Source: Sphingobacterium sp. (GTDB taxonomy: Bacteria; Bacteroidota; Bacteroidia; Sphingobacteriales; Sphingobacteriaceae). From it: 56,974 bases of DNA. Shown here in pieces: positions 29,282 through 38,221 of the stretch (within the stretch, counting starts at the first letter, position 1; every line of letters begins with the position of its first letter). Under the pieces are notes generated by a model. The model had not been told where the DNA came from and ran no database searches. It saw only the letters and a list, made by a program, of their open reading frames with translations. The stretch spans positions 32,465 through 89,438 of the forward strand of contig DAIQRP010000001.1 in NCBI GenBank assembly GCA_036786125.1. The letters are read 5' to 3'. Both the position numbers and the translations under genes were made by a program.

Positions 29282-30718
29282 TTAATCGACGATTCTACCT
29301 ATTAATGTAGCAGAAGTACAAGATTCAATAAGTACATTGACATAATCTCCTACTTTATAATTCGCATCTACAGGGAATACAGCCATTGCATTTTGATCAT
29401 TTCTACCCGCATAGTCGGCATCTGAACGTTTGGAAAAACCTTCGATTAAAATACGCTGTGTCTTACCGACGAAATTTTGTAAACGCTCAAAACTATGTCC
29501 ACGTTGTTTCGCGACAACTTCTGTTAAGCGACGTTTTTTTACTTCTTCAGGAATATCATCTTCAAAGCGTTTTGCCGCCAATGTACCTGGACGCTCTGAA
29601 TATGCAAACATAAACGCATAATCATACTTCACATAGTCCATCATCGTCAAAGTCTCCTGATGTTCTTCCTCTGTTTCGGTACAGAATCCTGTAATAATAT
29701 CCGTAGAAATACCACATCCCGGGATAATACGATTAATCGCATCAATGCGATTAATATACCATTCTCTATCGTATGTACGATTCATTAAATCCAATACTCT
29801 AGAGTTTCCAGATTGAACAGGAAGGTGAATATATTTACAGATATTATCGTATTTCGCCATGGTATATAATACCTCATCCGTAATATCTTTCGGGTGAGAT
29901 GTGGAAAAGCGGATACGTAATAATGGGTTTACTTCAGCAACTAAAGCTAAAAGGTCGGAGAAAGATACCGCAGCCGGAGCCGTTTCTCCTTCCGCTACGG
30001 GAGCCGTATATTTATAAGAATCCACATTTTGACCTAATAAAGTCACCTCACGGTAGCCTTCATTAAATAAATCCTGTGCTTCTTTAACAATCGATTCAGG
30101 GTCGCGTGAGCGCTCTCTCCCGCGGGTGAATGGTACCACACAGAAAGAACACATATTATCACAACCGCGCATAATAGAAATAAAAGCAGTAATCCCATTG
30201 GTATTTAAACGCACCGGACTAATATCTGCATAGGTTTCTTCTCGCGATAAAAGCACATTCACAGAACGAGCTCCATCATCTACTTGAGAGATTAAATTAG
30301 GCAAATCTCTATAGGCATCTGGACCGACAACCACATCGACTAATTTCTCTTCTTCGAGGAACTTAGATTTTAAGCGTTCTGCCATACAGCCTAAAACGCC
30401 GACAATCATGCCCGGGTTATTTTTCTTAGCGAATTCAAATTCTTTCAGACGGTTTCTCACACGCTGCTCGGCATTCTCACGAATGGAACAGGTATTAATA
30501 AATACGACATCTGCTTCATTATAATTCTTAGTTGTTTCAAAGCCATTATCCAATAAAATGGAGGCAACAATCTCAGAATCTGAGAAGTTCATCTGACAGC
30601 CGTAGCTCTCGATATATAATTTACGACCTTTGCTCTTATTCGGATCGGTATCTAATAATAGTGCCTCTCCCTGACGAGCTTCGTCGTGTTCTTTCGTGGT
30701 ATGTGTAAAATCTAGCAT
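29282..30718 (-). CDS. miaB: tRNA methylthiotransferase MiaB
   Basis: [17 protein letters not shown], radical [18 protein letters not shown] and a TRAM-like tail. Confidence 0.95.
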   Translation of the reverse strand: MLDFTHTTKEHDEARQGEALLLDTDPNKSKGRKLYIESYGCQMNFSDSEIVASILLDNGFETTKNYNEADVVFINTCSIRENAEQRVRNRLKEFEFAKKNNPGMIVGVLGCMAERLKSKFLEEEKLVDVVVGPDAYRDLPNLISQVDDGARSVNVLLSREETYADISPVRLNTNGITAFISIMRGCDNMCSFCVVPFTRGRERSRDPESIVKEAQDLFNEGYREVTLLGQNVDSYKYTAPVAEGETAPAAVSFSDLLALVAEVNPLLRIRFSTSHPKDITDEVLYTMAKYDNICKYIHLPVQSGNSRVLDLMNRTYDREWYINRIDAINRIIPGCGISTDIITGFCTETEEEHQETLTMMDYVKYDYAFMFAYSERPGTLAAKRFEDDIPEEVKKRRLTEVVAKQRGHSFERLQNFVGKTQRILIEGFSKRSDADYAGRNDQNAMAVFPVDANYKVGDYVNVLIESCTSATLIGRIVD

Positions 30719-30738
30719 GACTCTAATTTCAAAGAGTA

Positions 30739-30778
30739 CAAAGTTAAAATAAAAAATTGAAAACGTGACAGTTTGACA
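30739..30778 (-). promoter_or_regulatory. miaB operon promoter with a TGACA-N3-TGACA box over the -33 region
   Basis: Minus strand TAACTTTG (30739-30746); TGACAGTTTGACA at 30766-30778. Confidence 0.55.
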
Positions 30779-30828
30779 GCCGTTTAATCATATTTAACAT
30801 CGAAATTACAGAAGGATTATAAAGACAT

Positions 30829-30860
30829 AAAAAAAGGGATTGCCTGAGGCAATCCCTTTT
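30829..30860 (-). terminator. terminator after the OmpA-family gene
   Basis: AAAAGGGATTGCCT-G-AGGCAATCCCTTTT inverted repeat with a longer A-run on the left. Confidence 0.85.
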
Positions 30861-30881
30861 ATATAGATCGAATGCTATAAA

Positions 30882-31568
30882 TTATTTCGATTGGTTGATT
30901 GCATCTTGTTGCATCGATTTCGAAGCCACAATAACAATCTCTACACGACGGTTTTCTGCACGACCTGCTTCAGTATTATTATCACCGATAGGCTCTGAGA
31001 AGTTTTTACCTTGTGTAGTTACACGTGAAGCCGATAAACCCTGACCTACAGCGAAACTTTTCACTGCCGCAGCACGAGCTTCTGAAACGGTTTGGTTAGC
31101 GGATAAAGAACCTACATTATCTGTATGTCCAATCACTAAGATATCTGTTCCAGACTCTTTATTTAGCGTGTTCACTAAATTCTTAATATTTTCTTTCGCT
31201 GAAGCTTTTAAGGTAGATTGGTTAAAATCAAATAGGATACCGGAATCAAATTTCACGATAATACCTTCTCCTGTTTGTGTAACATCAGCACCTTCTACTG
31301 TCTTTGCAATTTCAGCTGCTTGTCTATCCATTTTTTTACCGATTAAGACACCTGCTGCACCACCAATTGCCGCACCAGCAATAGCACCAATAGCTGTATT
31401 ACCAGCTTTGCCACCAATTAATGCTCCAAGACCTGCACCAGCTGTGGTTCCAATCGCCCCACCTTTAGTAGTATTGTTCATATTCTGAATTGTAGAACAA
31501 CTCGAGAACAACATAGCTGAAGTAGCCATCGTTAGACCAAATACAGCAATTTTCTTATTCATTTTCAT
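30882..31568 (-). CDS. OmpA-family lipoprotein with glycine zipper (YiaD-like)
   Basis: Lipobox FSS-C, glycine-zipper repeats, GHTDNVG...SEARA and GRAENRRVEI motifs. Confidence 0.92.
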   Translation of the reverse strand: MKMNKKIAVFGLTMATSAMLFSSCSTIQNMNNTTKGGAIGTTAGAGLGALIGGKAGNTAIGAIAGAAIGGAAGVLIGKKMDRQAAEIAKTVEGADVTQTGEGIIVKFDSGILFDFNQSTLKASAKENIKNLVNTLNKESGTDILVIGHTDNVGSLSANQTVSEARAAAVKSFAVGQGLSASRVTTQGKNFSEPIGDNNTEAGRAENRRVEIVIVASKSMQQDAINQSK

Positions 31569-31721
31569 CTTAATATATATTTTCCGGTTAAAAACGTAAT
31601 TCTATTTGTCATCTATAAATCAAAGCTAATGCCAAAATTTAAAAGCTAGAGATATTTAGCTAAAAATATCCTAAAAAGTTAATGTTTTCACAATAACTTA
31701 TTATCTGTAAATTAGAATTAA

Positions 31722-32483
31722 TTACTTCTCCTGATTTGGAATTTCGATTTTTGGTAATCGATCGGACTTGGGTCTACCATTTGCTTCAAACTGCTCAAAG
31801 CTGGACTTAATATAATTGATTAAATCATACTCCCCCCAATATTCTACCATATGGAATGTAGGCCGGTAGATATCCATAAAAGACTGTAACTGATCTCCTT
31901 CTAAACCTGTATACTTTACGACTACCGTACGGTTAAAGACTCTATCTACGCGAATTTCATCCTTTTCCCGATCCATCATACGGCTGAAACGCCTCGCATT
32001 TTTAGCTTCCTGTCCAAATAGATTATACAATGCAGTTGCCGGGCTTGCTATATAAGTTCCAAATTTATTTGATCCATTATTATAAATTCCCTTTTTGGAG
32101 TAATCATTCATTAAGGCATTTAATTCGGCTTCTCTACTTAATCTGTCGATGGTTACGGTTTCTAATTTTATGCCGGCTTGTAGTTCAATAACAAAATCCT
32201 GCATACTATATAAGACAGTTTTTACCGTACCATAGCCCACTTTAGTAAAAGAAAGGCTATCTCCGACGGAAGCTTCTAAACTAAAAACCCCAAAATTATT
32301 CGATATACCACGACTTTGTGTACGTAAGTTAGTCACATTCACATCCGCCAAGCGGTTATTAGTCCCCTTTTCCATGGCTACGCCAGAAATACTTTGAATC
32401 GTCTGCGCATAAGTTACCCCAGATATACTGCAAAGTATGATAATAAGCCAAAAATATATACTGAAGTTTATTCTACCCATCAT
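31722..32483 (-). CDS. exported protein with carboxypeptidase-like regulatory domain
   Basis: Signal peptide; ISGVAMEKGTNNRLADVNV...SNNFGVFSL...GDSLSFTKVGY; C-terminal SPATALYNLF segment. Confidence 0.7.
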   Translation of the reverse strand: MMGRINFSIYFWLIIILCSISGVTYAQTIQSISGVAMEKGTNNRLADVNVTNLRTQSRGISNNFGVFSLEASVGDSLSFTKVGYGTVKTVLYSMQDFVIELQAGIKLETVTIDRLSREAELNALMNDYSKKGIYNNGSNKFGTYIASPATALYNLFGQEAKNARRFSRMMDREKDEIRVDRVFNRTVVVKYTGLEGDQLQSFMDIYRPTFHMVEYWGEYDLINYIKSSFEQFEANGRPKSDRLPKIEIPNQEK

Positions 32484-32536
32484 GTGTTAAATCTAATAAT
32501 AGTTCAGAGATCATAAGTGTTAAATAATACTAAAAC

Positions 32537-32944
32537 TTATGATTTTTCCTCTTGATAAGGATAGAACACAAAGTTCGCTCCTTGAGGCACTACTACAAAA
32601 ACACACATATACTGCTTAGGGTTTTTATATTTTTTGATAAAAGAACCTCTTTTCTCTTCCTTAATAATATGATTTTCTACAAATTCATCTAAAGTGGAGA
32701 CATTAATCGTCCATTGTGTATGGAGTTCCGCCTTATCTAAAATGACTTCTCCCACACGCACCTCATGCTGATGAGCAATAAAAATAGGATATTCAGAAAT
32801 TCCTGCCTCCAAAATATCTTCAGCAATTTCTAAAATCGACTCTTTATAAAAGTCTAAATCCACTTTCAAACTCTTCAGTGGGCTCTCCGTTTCGGAAGCC
32901 CCCTCAGCATTGTTTTTATTATTTAAAAGATCTTCAAACTCCAT
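32537..32944 (-). CDS. hypothetical protein
   Basis: 135-aa ORF abutting rlmD; function not recognised. Confidence 0.7.
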   Translation of the reverse strand: MEFEDLLNNKNNAEGASETESPLKSLKVDLDFYKESILEIAEDILEAGISEYPIFIAHQHEVRVGEVILDKAELHTQWTINVSTLDEFVENHIIKEEKRGSFIKKYKNPKQYMCVFVVVPQGANFVFYPYQEEKS

Positions 32945-34354
32945 TTATTTCTTTAGTTTTAATAACACGACATTTTCTACGTGTTGTGTATGTGGGAACA
33001 TATCCACAGGTTTAATGCGTACAATCTCATATAATTCAGTCATTAAGGCTAAATCCCGAGCTTGGGTTGCGGCATTACAACTTACATAGACAATCTTTTC
33101 GGCTTGCATCTCCAAAAGACGTTTCACCACATCGGCATGCATACCTGCACGTGGAGGATCTGTAATAACGACATCCGGCTTTCCATGTTTTTCTATAAAA
33201 GATGGAATCAGTACATCCTTCATATCTCCAGCATAGAATTTCGTATTCTTTACGCCATTAATCTCAGAGTTAACTTTTGCATCTTCAATTGCTGTAGGCA
33301 CATATTCAACTCCTACGACTTCTTTAGCATATTTAGCCACAAAGTTCGCTATGGTTCCCGCTCCGGTATATAAATCATATACCAGCTCATTTCCAGTTAA
33401 ACCGGCGAAGTCACGCGTAATTTTATATAATTCGTAAGCTTGTCTAGAATTCGTCTGATAGAATGATTTAGGACCTATTTTAAATTGTAGCCCTTCCATC
33501 TCTTCATAAATAAAATCACGACCCGCATAGACTTCAATTTCTTGATCGAAAATGGTGTCATTACGTTTTTGATTTACGATATATAATAAGGAAGTAATTG
33601 TAGGAAATTTCTGCTGTACAAAAGACATCACTTGTTCAACCTGACCTTCTTCAGGATAAGCGAATACTACGATTACCATCATTTCTCCAGTGGAAGAAAC
33701 GCGAATAATTAAATTTCTTAACGCTCCTTCATGCTGACGTAAGTCATAGAATGAAATTTGATTGGCAATAGCAAATTCCCGAATGGCATTTCTAAGCTCA
33801 TTCGAAGGATCAGCTTGTAAGTAGCAGTGTTTTATATCTAAAATCTTATCAAATCTACCCGGAACGTGGAATCCTAAAGCCGCCATATCATCTGCTGCGA
33901 CCTCATCATCTACGGATGTTAACCAACGTTTATTTGAAAAGGTAAACTCTAATTTATTTCTATAGTATAACGTATCTTCAGAACCTAAAATAGGTTCCAT
34001 CGTCGAAGTATCAACTTTTCCTAAACGGGTTAAGGCATTATCTACCGATTGCTGTTTGAAATGTAACTGTGCATCATAATTCATATGCTGCCATTTACAT
34101 CCCCCACATACTCCAAAATGCGTACAGAAAGGTTCAACACGATGTTCCGAAGCTTGTTTTATGGCAACAACTTTTGCCTCTCCAAAGCTTTTTTTCTTCC
34201 GCATCAACTCCACATCAACAATATCGCCCGGAATAGCTTTTTCAATAAATAAGACTAATTCTTCAGTCTTACCAACACCTTTACCTTCTTCAGCGATATC
34301 AATAACATGAATATCATTAATAAATTTCTTCTCTTGTGGAATCTTTCTTCTCAT
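32945..34354 (-). CDS. rlmD: 23S rRNA (uracil-C5)-methyltransferase RlmD
   Basis: TRAM domain, CTHFGVCGGCKWQ, SFYQTN, DLYTGAGTI, DPPRAG, YVSCN and DMFPHTQHVE motifs. Confidence 0.93.
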   Translation of the reverse strand: MRRKIPQEKKFINDIHVIDIAEEGKGVGKTEELVLFIEKAIPGDIVDVELMRKKKSFGEAKVVAIKQASEHRVEPFCTHFGVCGGCKWQHMNYDAQLHFKQQSVDNALTRLGKVDTSTMEPILGSEDTLYYRNKLEFTFSNKRWLTSVDDEVAADDMAALGFHVPGRFDKILDIKHCYLQADPSNELRNAIREFAIANQISFYDLRQHEGALRNLIIRVSSTGEMMVIVVFAYPEEGQVEQVMSFVQQKFPTITSLLYIVNQKRNDTIFDQEIEVYAGRDFIYEEMEGLQFKIGPKSFYQTNSRQAYELYKITRDFAGLTGNELVYDLYTGAGTIANFVAKYAKEVVGVEYVPTAIEDAKVNSEINGVKNTKFYAGDMKDVLIPSFIEKHGKPDVVITDPPRAGMHADVVKRLLEMQAEKIVYVSCNAATQARDLALMTELYEIVRIKPVDMFPHTQHVENVVLLKLKK

Positions 34355-34422
34355 ACGGCAGCAAAATTACGCTTTTTTAAGAAGATTTTGATAATCTGTA
34401 AATCAGAATAGTATAATATTCT

Positions 34423-34998
34423 CTAATGAAGAGTAGCTTGAACTAAATAAGGGAGAATTTCTTTTTGAAAGGAGATAAAATTTTTACGTACATCGGCTTC
34501 GGAGACCGCGGTAAAAGCAAAGGAGAAAACGACGTTTTTAGAGGTTTTAATTAAGAAGGTTAACTTCTCCTCTGGCACTGCAGATGCAATGGCATCATTT
34601 TTAATAAAGGAGCTGAGTAGTAGGAACTCCAAATCCTCGGATAAGGTTTTTAAATACTCCTGTGCATTGGAAGACTCACGGATGAATTCCCAACCCACGA
34701 ATTCATTACAGACCGTATAAGTCAAACGGGAAACCTTTAAAATGGAATTGGCTAGAAATGTGGCCAAATCTCCTTCTATGACCGATTTCTTTAGGATATC
34801 TTGAACATTCTCTTCAATATATTCCATTAAGATAGCATGCAGAATCATTTCTTTAGAATCGAAATGTTTATATACTGTCGCTTTAGCTACCTGCGCTTTT
34901 TTAGCAAGCTCGGCAACAGAGGTTTTATTGTACCCATACTTTCGGAACAATTCTCTTGCGGCAGTTTTTATTGCTTCATTAATACTATCTCCTTCCAT
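34423..34998 (-). CDS. TetR/AcrR family regulator
   Basis: ARELFRKYGYNKTSVAELAKKAQVAKATVYKHFDSKE helix-turn-helix. Confidence 0.9.
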   Translation of the reverse strand: MEGDSINEAIKTAARELFRKYGYNKTSVAELAKKAQVAKATVYKHFDSKEMILHAILMEYIEENVQDILKKSVIEGDLATFLANSILKVSRLTYTVCNEFVGWEFIRESSNAQEYLKTLSEDLEFLLLSSFIKNDAIASAVPEEKLTFLIKTSKNVVFSFAFTAVSEADVRKNFISFQKEILPYLVQATLH

Positions 34999-35000
34999 CC

Positions 35001-35417
35001 TTAATTTCTAACTGAATAAGCAATACCCATACCCGTGACATAGTATGGCTTCAATGGACATTCGGCAATGGCTACAGGAGATCCATCCAAAGCAAACCAC
35101 TTCGCTCCAGATACAGGATCTTTGAGGAGATTGGTATTTTCTGGATCTACAATTACGGCATTTCGCTGTTCAGGATTTACCGTACTACAGCGATCGTAGG
35201 CAATATATTTTCCTGATCCTGCGGAGTAAATTGCAATTCCTGCGACACCCCCAGGAATCATTTGAGTAACTCCTATTCCTCCTAAAGCCGGATACTCAGC
35301 AATAGAAAAATTACTATATACCGTCACATTAGGAACCACATTGCAGCCTCCCTTCTTACAGGAAATTACTGTAAAGGCAAGCAGCAATGTGATTATATAA
35401 AGGGAATATTTATACAT
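35001..35417 (-). CDS. lipoprotein with degenerate Rieske-like fold
   Basis: Lipobox VIS-C; GGVAGIAIY...YIAYDRCST...DPVSGAKWFALDGSP...PLKPY resembles Rieske-like lipoproteins but lacks the CxH/CxxH ligands. Confidence 0.6.
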   Translation of the reverse strand: MYKYSLYIITLLLAFTVISCKKGGCNVVPNVTVYSNFSIAEYPALGGIGVTQMIPGGVAGIAIYSAGSGKYIAYDRCSTVNPEQRNAVIVDPENTNLLKDPVSGAKWFALDGSPVAIAECPLKPYYVTGMGIAYSVRN

Positions 35418-36451
35418 TAAATAATCTCTGACTCAAATTGATTTAAGAAATTCACATCATTTTCGGAGAAAAGACGTAAATCTTTAATTTCATATTTTAA
35501 ATTCGTCACACGCTCTACGCCCATTCCGAAAGCAAAACCTGAATATTTTTTAGAATCGATATGACAGTTTTCCAAAACATTAGGATCGACCATACCACAG
35601 CCTAATATTTCTACCCATCCCGAACCTTTACAAAGTTGACATCCGGCACCTTTACAGATCGTACATGAAATATCCATTTCTGCAGAAGGTTCTGTAAAAG
35701 GGAAGTATGAAGGACGGAAACGGACTATAGTATCCTCGCCATATAACTCTTTCACAAAATGATATAAGGTCTGTTTTAAATCTGCAAAAGATACATTTTC
35801 ATCCACATATAAACCTTCCACTTGGTGGAAGAAACAATGTGCACGTGCGGAGATGGCTTCATTACGGTATACACGTCCCGGCATAATCGCACGGAAAGGA
35901 GGTTTCCCAGCTTCCATAAGACGCACTTGTACCGAAGAAGTATGTGTACGTAATGCAATATCATTTCCCTCTTGTTTTTTCACAAAGAATGTATCTTGCA
36001 TATCACGTGCAGGATGCTCCGGCGGAAAGTTTAAAGCAGAGAAAATATGCCAGTCATCTTCAATCTCAGGTCCTTCAGAAACAATAAAACCTAATTTTTT
36101 AAAGATTTCTACAATTTCCTTACGTACTAAAGATAAAGGGTGACGAGAACCTAAAGTGAAACCTTCCCCTGGAAGAGTAAGGTCATCTTCATTCTTAGCT
36201 TCTACCTGAGTAGATGCATATAAGTCTTGAGCCTCTTTAAATTTGGTTTCAGCGAATTGTTTAAACTCATTTAATACTTTACCTAAAACACGTTTCTCTT
36301 CTGTGGAAACGGTTTTAAATTCTTCAAAAAGGTTTTTTACTATCCCTTTAGAAACTAGAAACTTCAGTCTGAAATTCTCTACATCTGCTGAGGAACTTGG
36401 GCTAAAAGCGGCAATTTCTTCAGTATACTGCTTTATTTTATCGTGCAACAT
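35417..36451 (-). CDS. pheS: phenylalanine--tRNA ligase alpha subunit
   Basis: HPARDMQDTF, LRTHTS, FHQVEGL, YFPFTEPS and GFAFGMG motifs; ATG 36451 follows TATCTTTG (36457-36464). Confidence 0.97.
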   Translation of the reverse strand: MLHDKIKQYTEEIAAFSPSSSADVENFRLKFLVSKGIVKNLFEEFKTVSTEEKRVLGKVLNEFKQFAETKFKEAQDLYASTQVEAKNEDDLTLPGEGFTLGSRHPLSLVRKEIVEIFKKLGFIVSEGPEIEDDWHIFSALNFPPEHPARDMQDTFFVKKQEGNDIALRTHTSSVQVRLMEAGKPPFRAIMPGRVYRNEAISARAHCFFHQVEGLYVDENVSFADLKQTLYHFVKELYGEDTIVRFRPSYFPFTEPSAEMDISCTICKGAGCQLCKGSGWVEILGCGMVDPNVLENCHIDSKKYSGFAFGMGVERVTNLKYEIKDLRLFSENDVNFLNQFESEII

Positions 36452-36532
36452 AATGTCAAAGATACAGCAAAATATTAAAAAAATTAAAGGCTTTTTAGGT
36501 TTCACAAGTCATTCCTATCTAATTTTATAGGA

Positions 36533-36565
36533 AAAAAGAAACGCTTCTTAGGAAAGAAGCGTTAT
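36533..36565 (-). terminator. terminator after ssb
   Basis: AACGCTTCTT...AAGAAGCGTT stem with a T-rich tail on the minus strand. Confidence 0.7.
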
Positions 36566-36571
36566 TTATTT

Positions 36572-37018
36572 CTAAAATGGAAGTGGATCCACATCATCTT
36601 TATTTTCTTCGAAGGTGACCTCTTCGACTTTTAACTCGGCTTTTTTCTCTGCTGAAAGGGCTGCATTGGGATTGCTTGGCTCAAAGTCGGAACGTCGGCC
36701 CAATAAGGTGAAATTCTCGGCAACCACTTCCGTGGTATATCGACGTATTCCCTCTTTATCCTCGTAAGTACGCGTACGCAGGCGCCCTTCTATATAAACT
36801 AATTTACCTTTACTTAAGTATTTCGCAGCTACATCTGCCAATCCTCTCCACATAACAATATTATGCCACTCTGTTTGCTCTACTTTACGACCGTCTTTAT
36901 TAAAAGACTCGGAAGTGGCTAATGGAAAACTTGCAACGGAAACATTCCCCTCTAAGTAGCGGATTTCGGGATCTTTCCCCAAATGTCCTACTAAGATAAC
37001 TTTATTGATACCTGACAT
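36572..37018 (-). CDS. ssb: single-stranded DNA-binding protein
   Basis: INKVILVGHLGKDPE, TEWHNIV, KGKLVYIEGRLRTR and an acidic tail ending DPLPF. Confidence 0.97.
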   Translation of the reverse strand: MSGINKVILVGHLGKDPEIRYLEGNVSVASFPLATSESFNKDGRKVEQTEWHNIVMWRGLADVAAKYLSKGKLVYIEGRLRTRTYEDKEGIRRYTTEVVAENFTLLGRRSDFEPSNPNAALSAEKKAELKVEEVTFEENKDDVDPLPF

Positions 37019-37036
37019 AATAATTTAGTATAATGG

Positions 37037-38086
37037 TTAATTATCGACTTTTTCTAAGAAAGAAAAAATCAGTTTATGCTTAGCTAATTTATTTAAATCT
37101 TTTGATAAAACATAATCCCAATGATTTTTTTTTGCTTTTAGGGCATTCACATTTAACACTTTATAAAAATTCGCGTAGATATGCTGATGGCTTAATATAT
37201 GTTTCTTATTTTGAGCAATAGGTAGCAGCTCTACATCGGCATTAAAGTATTGCTGAAATTCTTCCTGCGCCATTAATGATGGCCCTTCCAGAGGTTCCGA
37301 ACTTTCTATTAATGGAAACTCATATAGATTTTCCCAGACATCGCCAGCCCCACGTTTTGACATTAGCGTATAATCGCCTTGCTCTACAATAAAATAATGG
37401 AAATAACGGCTTCGAGCTTTCTTGGCCTTAATCTTTACGGGTAAGGCTGCCACTCGATTATTTTCTACCGCAGCACAAGACATCAGCAAGGGGCATACCG
37501 CACAATCCGGTGATTTAGGCTTACATTGCATCGCTCCAAAATCCATAATAGCCTGATTATAGATGGCCGCCTGCCCTAGAGGTAATAAATCTTGCGCTAA
37601 GTTGGAAAATAGTTTTTTGCCGGCAGTACTATTTATTGCAGTATCGATATTAAAATAGCGACTTAATACCCGAAAAACATTGCCATCTAATACGGCCTGG
37701 TTTTCGTTGGCCGAAAAGGAAGAGATTGCCGCGGCTGTATATTCACCCACTCCAGGGAGACGCAGCACCTCAGCGTAGCTCCTCGGAAATTCCCCATGAT
37801 AATCTGTCATCACCATCTTGGCCGCTTTGTGCATATTACGCCCACGTGAATAATAGCCCAAGCCTTGCCATAGATGTAAAATATCATCTTCCGTGGCTGC
37901 AGCAAAATCCTGAACCCTGGGGTAATGTGCTAAAAACCGCTCAAAATAAGGTCTTCCCTGCTCCACACGCGTCTGCTGAAGAATAATTTCTGAAAGCCAA
38001 ATAATATAGGGATCTTGAGTATGTCTCCAAGGTAAGTCGCGTTGATGCATAGTATACCATTGAATTAATGTTTGGGAAAATGACAT
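37037..38086 (-). CDS. mutY: A/G-specific adenine glycosylase
   Basis: WLSEIILQQT, WQGLGYYSR, LPGVGEYTA, LDGNVFRV and Fe-S motif CKPKSPDCAVCPLLMSC. Confidence 0.96.
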   Translation of the reverse strand: MSFSQTLIQWYTMHQRDLPWRHTQDPYIIWLSEIILQQTRVEQGRPYFERFLAHYPRVQDFAAATEDDILHLWQGLGYYSRGRNMHKAAKMVMTDYHGEFPRSYAEVLRLPGVGEYTAAAISSFSANENQAVLDGNVFRVLSRYFNIDTAINSTAGKKLFSNLAQDLLPLGQAAIYNQAIMDFGAMQCKPKSPDCAVCPLLMSCAAVENNRVAALPVKIKAKKARSRYFHYFIVEQGDYTLMSKRGAGDVWENLYEFPLIESSEPLEGPSLMAQEEFQQYFNADVELLPIAQNKKHILSHQHIYANFYKVLNVNALKAKKNHWDYVLSKDLNKLAKHKLIFSFLEKVDN

Positions 38087-38221
38087 ACTGCAAAAATGAT
38101 AATTAAAAACGGAAAAGAAAAACGCGTTGACAACGCTGAAATGCGATTTAAATAAAACAAAAAAAATAGATTTTCGTTTTTCAGTTAAAATGCTGAAATT
38201 GAACCTGAAGAAAATACGTTA

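Noticed and set aside
32484..32530. GTGTTAAAT direct repeat upstream of the 31722..32483 gene
   Set aside because: Only two 9-mers in AT-rich DNA and no nearby cognate regulator; too weak to call.
36452..36571. T-box or Phe leader peptide upstream of pheS
   Set aside because: The promoter element lies 5 nt from the ATG, leaving no room for a leader; the only hairpin is the ssb terminator.
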